Positions 16,228 through 24,617 of a stretch of DNA of 64,000 bases are shown here, piece after piece; the stretch's first letter is position 1, and every line of letters begins with the position of its first letter. Source of the stretch: Dehalococcoidia bacterium (GTDB lineage Bacteria > Chloroflexota > Dehalococcoidia > UBA2979). The stretch lies in the NCBI GenBank assembly GCA_965208885.1, contig CBDBPS010000002.1, positions 622,731 to 686,730 on the forward strand, given 5' to 3'. A program made the translations under genes and the position numbers. Under the pieces are notes generated by a model. It did no database searches and was not told the DNA's origin. It saw only the letters and a program-made list of their open reading frames with translations.

Positions 16228-16832
16228 CGGAAGACGATGTTCTCCATGTAGCGGTTCACCCTGCGCGGCGCGCTGGAGAGTTCCGGCAGGCAGTGGTACA
16301 GGAGCTGGCACTCCGTACAGCGCGCGTCGTTGGGTGCCGCGGGCAGCTCGAACGTCAGGAGTTGCTTCCTGATCTGGTCGATGACCTCGCGCACCTCGCG
16401 GCGCAGCGCCTCGGTGAAGTCCACCTGCACGCGTCGTCGCGGTCCGCCGTACCACACGTACCCGTGTGGTATCTCGACATCGAGCATCTCCTCCAGACAG
16501 AGCGCCTGTGCGCACAGCTGCAGGTCCGCGGCGGAGCCGTGGCGCACGCCGGCCTTGTACTCGACGGGACGAACAGCGTCGCCTGCCACCTCGACGGCGT
16601 CGGCGCGACCCGACAGTCCCAACTCCTCCGACCAGAGGGGGATCGCCCTGAGCACCTGCTTCCCCCGCTCCTGGCGATGCTCTCCGCTATCGACCCGGCG
16701 GTGGGCGCGGGTTCCCCTGACGGTGTGGGCGTTGTCGCTCCACACACCGTCGCAGTGGATGAGGGCGCACTGCCTCGGGCAGTACACGAAGTGCTCGATC
16801 GCGGAAATCTGGACGACGGGCTCGGGTGTCAT
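16224..16832 (-). CDS. cas4: CRISPR-associated RecB-like exonuclease Cas4 (not fused to Cas1)
   Basis: N-terminal FVYCPRQCAL plus a C-terminal CTECQLLYHC cysteine cluster, and the PD-(D/E)xK core (GRADAVE...VEYK). Confidence 0.9.
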   Translation of the reverse strand: MTPEPVVQISAIEHFVYCPRQCALIHCDGVWSDNAHTVRGTRAHRRVDSGEHRQERGKQVLRAIPLWSEELGLSGRADAVEVAGDAVRPVEYKAGVRHGSAADLQLCAQALCLEEMLDVEIPHGYVWYGGPRRRVQVDFTEALRREVREVIDQIRKQLLTFELPAAPNDARCTECQLLYHCLPELSSAPRRVNRYMENIVFR

Positions 16833-17722
16833 AGCCGCACCGCTCCGATCGCCCGCGTCTTCTCTTCGCCTCTCGGCTTATAAGACGCACTTTGCCACGC
16901 TGCATGAACACCGAGCCGTGCCCAGCCAGCCTTCCGTACGGGGTTCCAGAGGTCCAGGAGCGCATCGATACCGTCGTCGTCGAGCGGCTGGCTCCACGCT
17001 GGCCAGTGGAAGCTGCGCCGCTCCCCGCTCCCGTCCACCTGTTGCCAGCCCCGCTGGCGTGCTGAAGCATCGGCGGACCGGCCAAGCCGCCTGTCAGCCC
17101 CTCGTCCTCGTACCGGCAGGAGGGCGAGACCGAAGAACGCGAGGACCTCGACGACGGGATCAACCCAAGGGTCCGTCTTGTCGACCAGAGAACCCAACCG
17201 CGTCTGGTCGAATCCCAGACCGCTCGCCTGTATGCGATCAGCGTTGCCTGCCAGCGATGCGTGGATGAGGGATCCACCATCGAGGGGCCTGTATACCTTC
17301 AACAGCCGATGGTGCAGCCACTTCATGGGGCCCGTGCCAGGCGGATCAAGGGGTGCGTGTTCCACCAGGCCGTCTCGATCGACAGCGAGATCGGTCATCG
17401 TTGACGAGAGCGTCCACGAGTGCTCGTCGCTCCGCGCAGCGCGTGCCCGCGCCGCGAAAGCCTCGACGGGCACCCTCCGCTGGAGCCTGGCGGTGCCTCG
17501 CCAGTCCTCCGCAATCGGCAACTGGGCCAGCGACTCCGCGTCCGGCCAGGACTCGACGAGCGCGGCCACCGGATCGGCCTGCTCGGATGAGAGCACCGCC
17601 ACGGGCTCCGCATCGGTCGTCCAGTGCAGCCGTATGCGCTCGTCGAGGACGGTGGCACCCACCGCCGCGAGCCAGGCGTTGACCCACGAAGCACGCCAGC
17701 CCGGACACACCACCTCCATCAT
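16829..17722 (-). CDS. Type I-U-associated protein, Csb3/Cas8u-like (tentative large-subunit substitute)
   Basis: 297 aa, located between cas3 and cas4 with 4-nt overlaps at both ends. The N-terminus CPGWRASWVNAWLAAVGATVL resembles the N-terminal pattern I associate with Csx17/Csb3 proteins. The assignment rests on position plus weak motif similarity only. Confidence 0.5.
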   Translation of the reverse strand: MMEVVCPGWRASWVNAWLAAVGATVLDERIRLHWTTDAEPVAVLSSEQADPVAALVESWPDAESLAQLPIAEDWRGTARLQRRVPVEAFAARARAARSDEHSWTLSSTMTDLAVDRDGLVEHAPLDPPGTGPMKWLHHRLLKVYRPLDGGSLIHASLAGNADRIQASGLGFDQTRLGSLVDKTDPWVDPVVEVLAFFGLALLPVRGRGADRRLGRSADASARQRGWQQVDGSGERRSFHWPAWSQPLDDDGIDALLDLWNPVRKAGWARLGVHAAWQSASYKPRGEEKTRAIGAVRL

Positions 17723-20520
17723 CACGATCCCTCCTGTGGCACATCGACACCGGCGGAAACCGCGTGGTCCGCCCGGATAACGACCGCCTCCAGCAACCCC
17801 AACCCCCACGGACCAAAGCGCTCGTTCAGCTTTCTGAAGCGGCGTGGCTGGTCCCAGTCCACGCGGGCGAGGTCAGCGGGCGCGCTGACCGACAGGCCAT
17901 CCACGACGGCAGACACGTTCGCAGCCGTGCCGTCGCGCGTTGCTGGTGGCGGCACTAGCGGCCGACCCCTGCCGTGGTGGCTGATCACGAGGTGGAGCAA
18001 TAGGTCGCGGTGCTCGGGATCACCCCACGAGGGGCGCCGCTCCAGCCACGCGCGCACCAGACGGGCCGACAGATTCTCGTGGCGGCCGCCACGGGGCCAG
18101 CCGGACGCGGCGCGTGTCTTCTCCCAGCTATGGCGGGCGGTGGTCGACTTGGCCATGAGCGCACCGCGCTGCCCCTCGGGGTCAAGCCATCTCTGGAAGC
18201 GGCGGTCGGCCTTGCCGATGTCATGCAACGCTCCGGCGCGCTCCACGACCTCGGCCAGCGTCGAGGGAAGACCGATGCGCTCGGCGATGGTGCGCGCCAT
18301 GGCCCCCACCGCCCGGCCGTGCTTATCGAGCTCGACCGCTTCGGACGTCAACGACATCTCGTCGCCTTCGCTGCCAAAGTCGCTACTGGGGCGCTGGGAC
18401 TCAGGCGCCACGACCCGCAGCCGGGCGACTTCGAGCCGCGGACGCTCAACGGCCGGACGCAGTGCGTCGGTGAACGCGACCCACTCCCCGTCGTTCCATC
18501 CGGCCGGCGATTCGGCGGCCCGGAGCGCAGCCAGGATCGCCATCACCGCCTCGTCCCGGTCGGACTGAGCGATCTCGTCCTCCTCATCCTCCCCCAGCGC
18601 GATCTCCAGCTGCGGCCCCACCTCGACGCCGCACAGACGCCCGATCGCCTTCGCGTCCAGAGGCAGTCCCTGTCCCGCCAGTGATGCGTCCACGACCGGC
18701 TTCGACGCGTCCGGGTCCCAGCCAAAGTGATCCAGCAAGCCGCGGTCGGCGGGAAGCACGATCTGGTCGCCCGGCCGCAGGTCCGCAGCACTGGTCCGAT
18801 CCACCGTCATGCCGTCGGGGGCGAGCCGGTGAACGTCTTCGTCGTCCTGCAGTGCCTCCCACACCTCGCGTATCGGAACGTCCACGGCCTCGCGATCGCT
18901 GGCGCGCGGCCAGAGCCGCTGGCCCTCCTCGGGTACGTGGACGCGCCAGATGAGCGCCACCGAGTACTCGGCCCCCTGGATGCCGCTGAAGTAAGGCTCC
19001 ACGGGAGCTTCCCCGTCGGGCCGGGTGGTCGTCTTCGTCCACTCCCACAGAATCCCCGGCAGCACCTCCGGCGCCCGTCCGGGATCGTCGCCCGGAGCAC
19101 CCAGCACCTCGGCCACCTGCGCGGGCGGAAGGTTCACTGTGCGGTCGTCCCCGTCGGAGCACGCGCTCTCCAGGCGCTGCAGCACCCGTGCGGGCTCCTC
19201 GCCGTAGACGGGCCAGGATTCGGAGTCCTTCCCGCGGCTCGCCCTGCCTCGCCGCTTCGGGGGCGGCGCATGTACGTACACCGCCCGCGCGTGCTGGTGA
19301 TGTCCGAGCCGGTTCAATCTCCCCAGCCGCTGCGTGAGCGCCCGCACGCCACACGCCTCCGTGACGAGGTACTCCGCGTCGAGGTCCGCACCGACCTCCA
19401 GGGTCTGCGTCGCGACTACGACAAGGTGCCGTTCCCGCGAGGAGTCTAGGGATCGGGTTGCGGCCATGCCGGTAGCGGGATCGAGGATGCACGCCCGAAT
19501 CCGTTCGGCCTCCCGCTCGCGGTTGAGCCCGGTCAACAGGAGGAGATCGACATCCGGCAACCAGCCGCGCAGGCGCTCGAACGTCTCCCGCGCCGTCTTC
19601 GGCGTGTTCGCGAAGACCAGGCAGGATGCCGGCGCTCTGTCCGCGAGCAGGTCGCGTGCCGCTTCCGCGAGGAGGTTGGCGGTGTCGCCCTTCTCGAACA
19701 CGCGAACCTCCAGTGGCTTCGTGGCGTGCAGCCGCCGCTCGATGACCGGGTTCGTCCGATCTTCCTCGTCGAGGTCGAACCGCTCGCCCGTGGCGTCGCC
19801 GGTCGCTGTGAGCGCCGTGATGCTCGCTCGCGAACGGAGCTCCCCGAGCGGGGCCTCCGCGTTAGGTGTGCACTCGGCGAGCGCAGCCACCAATGCCCGC
19901 AGGTGTGGCGCCAAGTGCGCTTCGTCCAGGAGGACGAGGCTGTCCGTCCCTGCCATCGCGGCGTCGATCGGGCGAAGCGACCGTGACGATCCATAGCCCC
20001 GGAACAGGAGCCGCGAGCCGTACATCGGCAACGTGCAGAGGATGACCGTGGGCCGCGAGGGATCGGTTGGCGTCCGAGACGCGACCCCGCCGCGTAGCCG
20101 AATCACATCGAGCGGCGGTGCGCCTGGGTCGGCCGAGAGGGAGCGGAGGCGCTCGGCGACCGCAGCGACAACCTCGCGATCCTTGCCCGAGAGTCCGCTC
20201 GCATCGGGTTCCCTGAGCACCCGCGCCAGCCGCCCCTCCGCATGCTCGTGGGTCGAGTCCACCAGCAGGCGACGATTGACGACCCACCAGATGCGGGTCG
20301 GCGCCGTCCGCCGCTGAGGGTCTCGGTCCGCCTGTGTCGCGAGCCACCACACCGCGATGTCGAGGCACGCGGTCTTGCCCAGCCCGGTCGGAACGCCGAC
20401 CCGCTCAGGCCACCTGTCCGTCTCGGCGACCTGCCGGGCCAGTCGCTCCTGCCACGGGAACGGCGTTCGCCCGTGGATGGCCTCGTAGAAGTCGGCGAAG
20501 GTGGGGAGGGGAGCCATCAT
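17722..20520 (-). CDS. cas3: CRISPR-associated helicase/nuclease Cas3 with a C-terminal HD domain (type I-U/I-G architecture)
   Basis: The start MMAPLPTFADFYEAIHGRTPFPWQERLA follows an SD-like GGTGGAA. Helicase motifs VPTGLGKTAC, VLLDEAH and QRLGRLNR. The C-terminal HD motifs are LDKHGRAV...GALHDIGKADRRFQ...HLVISHHG. Confidence 0.9.
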   Translation of the reverse strand: MMAPLPTFADFYEAIHGRTPFPWQERLARQVAETDRWPERVGVPTGLGKTACLDIAVWWLATQADRDPQRRTAPTRIWWVVNRRLLVDSTHEHAEGRLARVLREPDASGLSGKDREVVAAVAERLRSLSADPGAPPLDVIRLRGGVASRTPTDPSRPTVILCTLPMYGSRLLFRGYGSSRSLRPIDAAMAGTDSLVLLDEAHLAPHLRALVAALAECTPNAEAPLGELRSRASITALTATGDATGERFDLDEEDRTNPVIERRLHATKPLEVRVFEKGDTANLLAEAARDLLADRAPASCLVFANTPKTARETFERLRGWLPDVDLLLLTGLNREREAERIRACILDPATGMAATRSLDSSRERHLVVVATQTLEVGADLDAEYLVTEACGVRALTQRLGRLNRLGHHQHARAVYVHAPPPKRRGRASRGKDSESWPVYGEEPARVLQRLESACSDGDDRTVNLPPAQVAEVLGAPGDDPGRAPEVLPGILWEWTKTTTRPDGEAPVEPYFSGIQGAEYSVALIWRVHVPEEGQRLWPRASDREAVDVPIREVWEALQDDEDVHRLAPDGMTVDRTSAADLRPGDQIVLPADRGLLDHFGWDPDASKPVVDASLAGQGLPLDAKAIGRLCGVEVGPQLEIALGEDEEDEIAQSDRDEAVMAILAALRAAESPAGWNDGEWVAFTDALRPAVERPRLEVARLRVVAPESQRPSSDFGSEGDEMSLTSEAVELDKHGRAVGAMARTIAERIGLPSTLAEVVERAGALHDIGKADRRFQRWLDPEGQRGALMAKSTTARHSWEKTRAASGWPRGGRHENLSARLVRAWLERRPSWGDPEHRDLLLHLVISHHGRGRPLVPPPATRDGTAANVSAVVDGLSVSAPADLARVDWDQPRRFRKLNERFGPWGLGLLEAVVIRADHAVSAGVDVPQEGS

Positions 20521-20546
20521 CGTTCCACCGCGAAGGTGCTCGCTCG

Positions 20547-21983
20547 TCAAGCCCGGCCATCGAGTGGGACGCAGAGTCCGAACCCGCGCTGCCGCCCGGA
20601 GCCGATGACGACCGGCCCCGGAATCGCTTGCTCGAACCGCAGCTCCACGTGGGAGTAAGGAAGCGCCGGCCTGCCCGGCCTGTTCACCTCCACGGGGGCG
20701 AGGTCGATCGCTCCGGCAACAAGGGGCGTGCGGGCCGACCGGAAGGCGACGGGGGCGGGGAGTCCGGCGTGTTCGCACCAGCGGGCGACCTCCGCGAGGT
20801 CGAGCCGGCGGCGGCGCTCGTGGATTGCAGGTACTGCTGTCGCCCAGTGGCGCGAAGCTCGTAGCCAACTCTCTGGATGGGCGGCCACGGGACGCTCTTC
20901 TTCGTCTCGGGGAACGACTGCCACGTCCACGCCGCGACCCCTGAGCCGACGGACCGAGAACGCCGCGTCGCGGGCCATGTGTCGGACAGTCGCGTCACAC
21001 CCTGGGGGCAGCCACAGAGCCAGTCCGTGGATGCGCCCGCGCGACCGCTGGAAGCCGACGTCGGGGAGCGCGAGGTAGCGGGCGAGCTCGTAGCCCGTCC
21101 CGCCGAACCCATGCCCGTGGAGCACTGCCGGAGGCTCCCCATACAGCTCCTGGTACCGGCTAAGTACGGCCGCCTTGAAGGCCGTGGTCAGCGCCGACAC
21201 GCGCCGCCCGGAGACAGCCGTCTCGAGGCGCAGCCACGAGACGACTTCGCCCTCGTCCCGCAGCTCATCTGACAGGGGTGAGCGGTACGCGACGGGGTGT
21301 TTCAGCGCCGGAGACTGCGACCGGCTGGCCGAGGCGCCGCGCGCGGTCCACTGCTCGTGGAGGCGGTCCCAGCGCGCGAGGTCTCCCTCGCGCGTCACGT
21401 TGATCACGGTCTCGCCTTCGCGATCAGGAACGAATGGCTCGGAGTCAGCGACAGACACAGGCAGGGACGTGTCGACTCGCAGTCGCACCGGCGAGTCCGA
21501 GGAGCCGAGGTAGCCCACCCGCGCGGCGCGGAGCCGAAGCGCTTCGATGAGCATCGGGGCTGGCGGCTCTACTTCCCATACGTAGGCGATGTGCGCGGAG
21601 TGCGGAGCGACTCGCACACCTCCACGACTGAGGGCTGCTATTCGGCCCACGTATTCCTGCTGGGTGCTCACTTCACTTCGAGCACCACGCCTGACGGTGG
21701 CGAAGGAGCGTTGCTGCTGGACCACGTAACGCTGCAGCAGCCGGTTGTGAACCGGTCGCGAGTCCGCATAGATGACCGGTGGCCGCAGCTGCTCCAACCA
21801 CACGAGCTCCGCGCCGTCGGTGACCCGGCACGCGTCTCCGGTCCCGTCGGCCGCCACCAACGCTGCGAAGAGGCGCGCCGGAGACGGCGGCCACTCCCCG
21901 CATGTCAGCCTGCCCGTGTTGGCAGTACCGTCGGGGTCACCGCGAAACGTGCCCTGAAGAAACTCGACGGCTACCGAGAACAT
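20547..21983 (-). CDS. csb2: Type I-U Csb2 (Cas5u / Cas_GSU0054 family)
   Basis: MFSVAVEFLQGTFRGDPDGT...GEWPPSPARLFAALVAA is the characteristic Csb2 N-terminus. The ATG overlaps the csb1 stop (ATGA at 21983). Confidence 0.75.
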   Translation of the reverse strand: MFSVAVEFLQGTFRGDPDGTANTGRLTCGEWPPSPARLFAALVAADGTGDACRVTDGAELVWLEQLRPPVIYADSRPVHNRLLQRYVVQQQRSFATVRRGARSEVSTQQEYVGRIAALSRGGVRVAPHSAHIAYVWEVEPPAPMLIEALRLRAARVGYLGSSDSPVRLRVDTSLPVSVADSEPFVPDREGETVINVTREGDLARWDRLHEQWTARGASASRSQSPALKHPVAYRSPLSDELRDEGEVVSWLRLETAVSGRRVSALTTAFKAAVLSRYQELYGEPPAVLHGHGFGGTGYELARYLALPDVGFQRSRGRIHGLALWLPPGCDATVRHMARDAAFSVRRLRGRGVDVAVVPRDEEERPVAAHPESWLRASRHWATAVPAIHERRRRLDLAEVARWCEHAGLPAPVAFRSARTPLVAGAIDLAPVEVNRPGRPALPYSHVELRFEQAIPGPVVIGSGRQRGFGLCVPLDGRA

Positions 21984-23206
21984 CAGTCGTCGAGGTCGGG
22001 CCAGGTCGAGCGGATCGCCTTCGCGAGGGCGTCGCGGGGGCGCAGCACCATCGGCGGCTGTCCCCAGCCATCGAGCGGCACACCAACCGACTCGGCGTGT
22101 GTCCTGGCGGTCGCCAGCAGGTCGCGCGTCGTCTCGGCGGCGCCGAGGTCGCACGTCTCGTCCCCGGCGCTTCCGAGCCACGTCACAGTCGAGGCGGCCG
22201 GGCGCAGGTCTGCGCCGGAGCGGAGCGCGAAGGCGCGCCCGAAGGCGAGTTGGTGCGCGTGGAGCCCGAGGACGACGAGAAGCGCTCGCGCTGCGGCATC
22301 CGCTTCTTGTGAAGCATCTCGCCCGAGACTCACGCGCCGGAGCTGGGCAAACGATACGGTCGCCCGCTGCGTCACGCGCTGGAACGAGACAGCCGCCGCA
22401 GCCGGAGGATTATCCGTGTTCTCTCGCATGAACGGCACTTGCCCATGACCAATCATAGAAAGCTTGGACGCCTTACCTCCCTCGACTGCCTGGCCTTGGC
22501 CGAGGGCCCACGTGGTGAGGTTGTTCTCATCTGCGGTAATCGCCGCATCCTCACCGCCGCTGAGGTTCAGGTTTAGGGGGTCACCCTTGAGCCCCTTCAC
22601 CTTGGTGTCAACCGCAGCCGGTTTCCACCCGATGATCTCCGAGACCCAGGCGCGGGCGTGTTTGTGATTGTGGTTCTTCTTGCCCAGATGGGACTGCCAG
22701 AATCCGTACAGTAGCGCCTGCGGGAACCACGACATCAGCGGTCCGCAGTCCTGCGCGGTGGAGCCGAAGATAGCCTGCCCCAGTTCGGTCTTGATGAAGT
22801 CGACGTCATCCAGGCGGGCATCGCGGAGGTACGCATCCGCATTCCGGTGCGGGAAGTCGAGGCTCGACAACGACCGCGGCAGGTGCGCCGGCAGGCTGCC
22901 CAGGTCCGACAGGTCGAGGATGAACTCCGGTATCGAACTCGCCTCGCGGTCGCGCCGCAGGGCCTGCTCCAGGCGGTTGGCCTGGGAAGGCACATTGTCG
23001 ATCACGATGACGGGAGTGGCCTCCGCATCGCCGGGAGATGCCCAGCGACGGTCCAACTGGTAGTTCCCGCCCTCGTAGACTGCGGGCTTCACCGGGCCGC
23101 CGACCCCCGACAGGGGCTCGAGGTCGGCGTCGATTCGAATGCCGTCGTCGAACGAGTCGACCGCACAGGCGGACAGTAACCGTTCGAGACCGATCCTAGC
23201 ACTCAT
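21983..23206 (-). CDS. csb1: Type I-U Csb1 (Cas7u / Cas_GSU0053 family RAMP)
   Basis: 407 aa. LEPLSGVGGPVKPAVYEGG...VIVIDNVPSQANRLEQAL matches the Csb1/Cas7u pattern. It is the first gene of the operon, with SD GAAAGG 8 nt upstream. Confidence 0.75.
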   Translation of the reverse strand: MSARIGLERLLSACAVDSFDDGIRIDADLEPLSGVGGPVKPAVYEGGNYQLDRRWASPGDAEATPVIVIDNVPSQANRLEQALRRDREASSIPEFILDLSDLGSLPAHLPRSLSSLDFPHRNADAYLRDARLDDVDFIKTELGQAIFGSTAQDCGPLMSWFPQALLYGFWQSHLGKKNHNHKHARAWVSEIIGWKPAAVDTKVKGLKGDPLNLNLSGGEDAAITADENNLTTWALGQGQAVEGGKASKLSMIGHGQVPFMRENTDNPPAAAAVSFQRVTQRATVSFAQLRRVSLGRDASQEADAAARALLVVLGLHAHQLAFGRAFALRSGADLRPAASTVTWLGSAGDETCDLGAAETTRDLLATARTHAESVGVPLDGWGQPPMVLRPRDALAKAIRSTWPDLDD

Positions 23207-24133
23207 ACTCAGGGCCTTTCACGTTGGGGCGTAGCGCAGTATACGGCCCCGGCACTCGATGGCGGCGCCCGGCGATTCTCGATGGCGCAGCCCTCAGCGA
23301 ACCGTGCGGGGATGCGACGGGTGCCGCCCGCGTTGGCGTCTTCCCCAGGTCGGCACCGCCTACCTCCGCCAGCGTCGGAGCGTGAGCACGAGCCGCACCC
23401 AGCGCCAAAACAGGGCGTGCGCCAGTTCCCAGCGAGCGCCAATCAGGGACACCTTCCCCGGAGCAGCTCGTCGTGGCGGCGGGACCCGTCCCACCGGTAT
23501 GTCGACGGCGGAAGCGTCAGTTCGTGGTCGCCGATCAGGAGGAGTTGGAGTTCGCCCATGCGGACCCCACCCCTGGCTCGCTCCACGCGGCTCGCGCTCT
23601 TGCTGAGAAGGGTCGCGCGCGCCTGTCGCCACTCAACGACGAGCGGCGCGGCTTCCGCATAGTCGAATTTCTCGTCCTGCACGGGCTCCACGGTCACGAC
23701 CTCGGGGTGGCCGAGCGGGAGCCCGTCGATGCGTTGCGGCCGGCTGATGACCGCCTGTGGCGCGCCCGTTCGCGGCGGGTGCCGCGTCCGGCGTCCGCTC
23801 CCCCGGTCCTTCCGGCTGACCCCGAGGTTCGCGCGCGGGCAACGCATCGAGCAGGTCCGCAGAGTCGCCCGAGACTCTTGCCAGCCGCGCTCCGACCTCG
23901 TGGGCGAGCATCAGCAGACCCGCCTCCAGCTCCTCCTGACCCCGCTCGAGCGCTTGCAACCGCCGCATCACCGGCTCTGCCGCCGCGCCGCCGGCCTCCG
24001 ACTGGCGAAGCTTCAGCGCGTCCTCCATGCGCCGGGTGAGCCGTGGCCCCGAATCCTGGTCCAGCAGGGATGCGAGTTTTCGGGCACTCTCACCGAGGAG
24101 GGAGATGCCCATGCCCAGGCGCCGCCCTCGGGT

Positions 24134-24328
24134 CTGCGCATCACCGTCGAGGAGGCGTTCCTGCACTGCGGTCGCTCCCTGATCCGCTCGCGGCTCAGGG
24201 ACACCGAGGCGCAGATCGACTGCTCCTGCTACCCCACCTACGGGCAGGTGCTGGCCGACCAGATCCGGGGCGCGAACGCCGCCGAGATCGACGCCTCCGA
24301 GGACGAGGCCAACCGCGAGCGGCTCTAA
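24134..24328 (+). pseudogene. 3' remnant of a pyridoxamine-5'-phosphate-oxidase-like (FMN-binding split-barrel) gene
   Basis: Only the last ~65 codons look authentic (LRITVEEAFLHCGRSLIRSRL...YPTYGQVLADQIRG...). The upstream part of the same frame is Arg/Pro-rich nonsense, and no N-terminal half is found in any frame. Confidence 0.45.
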
Positions 24329-24617
24329 CTGACCGGGCGCCGGCACAGCTCGCGGGAGCGAGCGCGGACGCGCTGACGCAGTGCCGCGTCAGCGACAGGT
24401 CGTGTGTGCAGCGACAACGTCTGGAGCGATAGCGGTGCCCTCGGCCGGCAATCGTGGGAACTCTGGTGGACACGGCCGTGGCCAGCGGCCCCGCAGGACG
24501 TGTCAACAGCGCGCGCCCGCCAGATCCTGGCGCGCCAGAGTAGGCTGGTCCCCCTCTTCGGAGGTGGCGGCTGGCCTCACCGAGTCCCGAAGTGGCTGGC
24601 TGCCAGGGGGCTGGCGC

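Noticed and set aside
20521-22181. Upstream extensions of cas3 (to 20868) and csb2 (to 22181) given by the longest-ORF track
   Set aside because: Both extensions overlap the preceding cas gene in another frame and are Arg/Pro-rich. Internal ATGs give the family-typical N-termini, a 4-nt overlap for csb2, and an SD for cas3.
1-23206. Calling the whole left third a defined mobile element (integrative island or prophage)
   Set aside because: I found no integrase, transposase, tRNA gene, phage structural genes or flanking direct repeats in the window. The left boundary is outside the window, so only 'defence island' is claimed.
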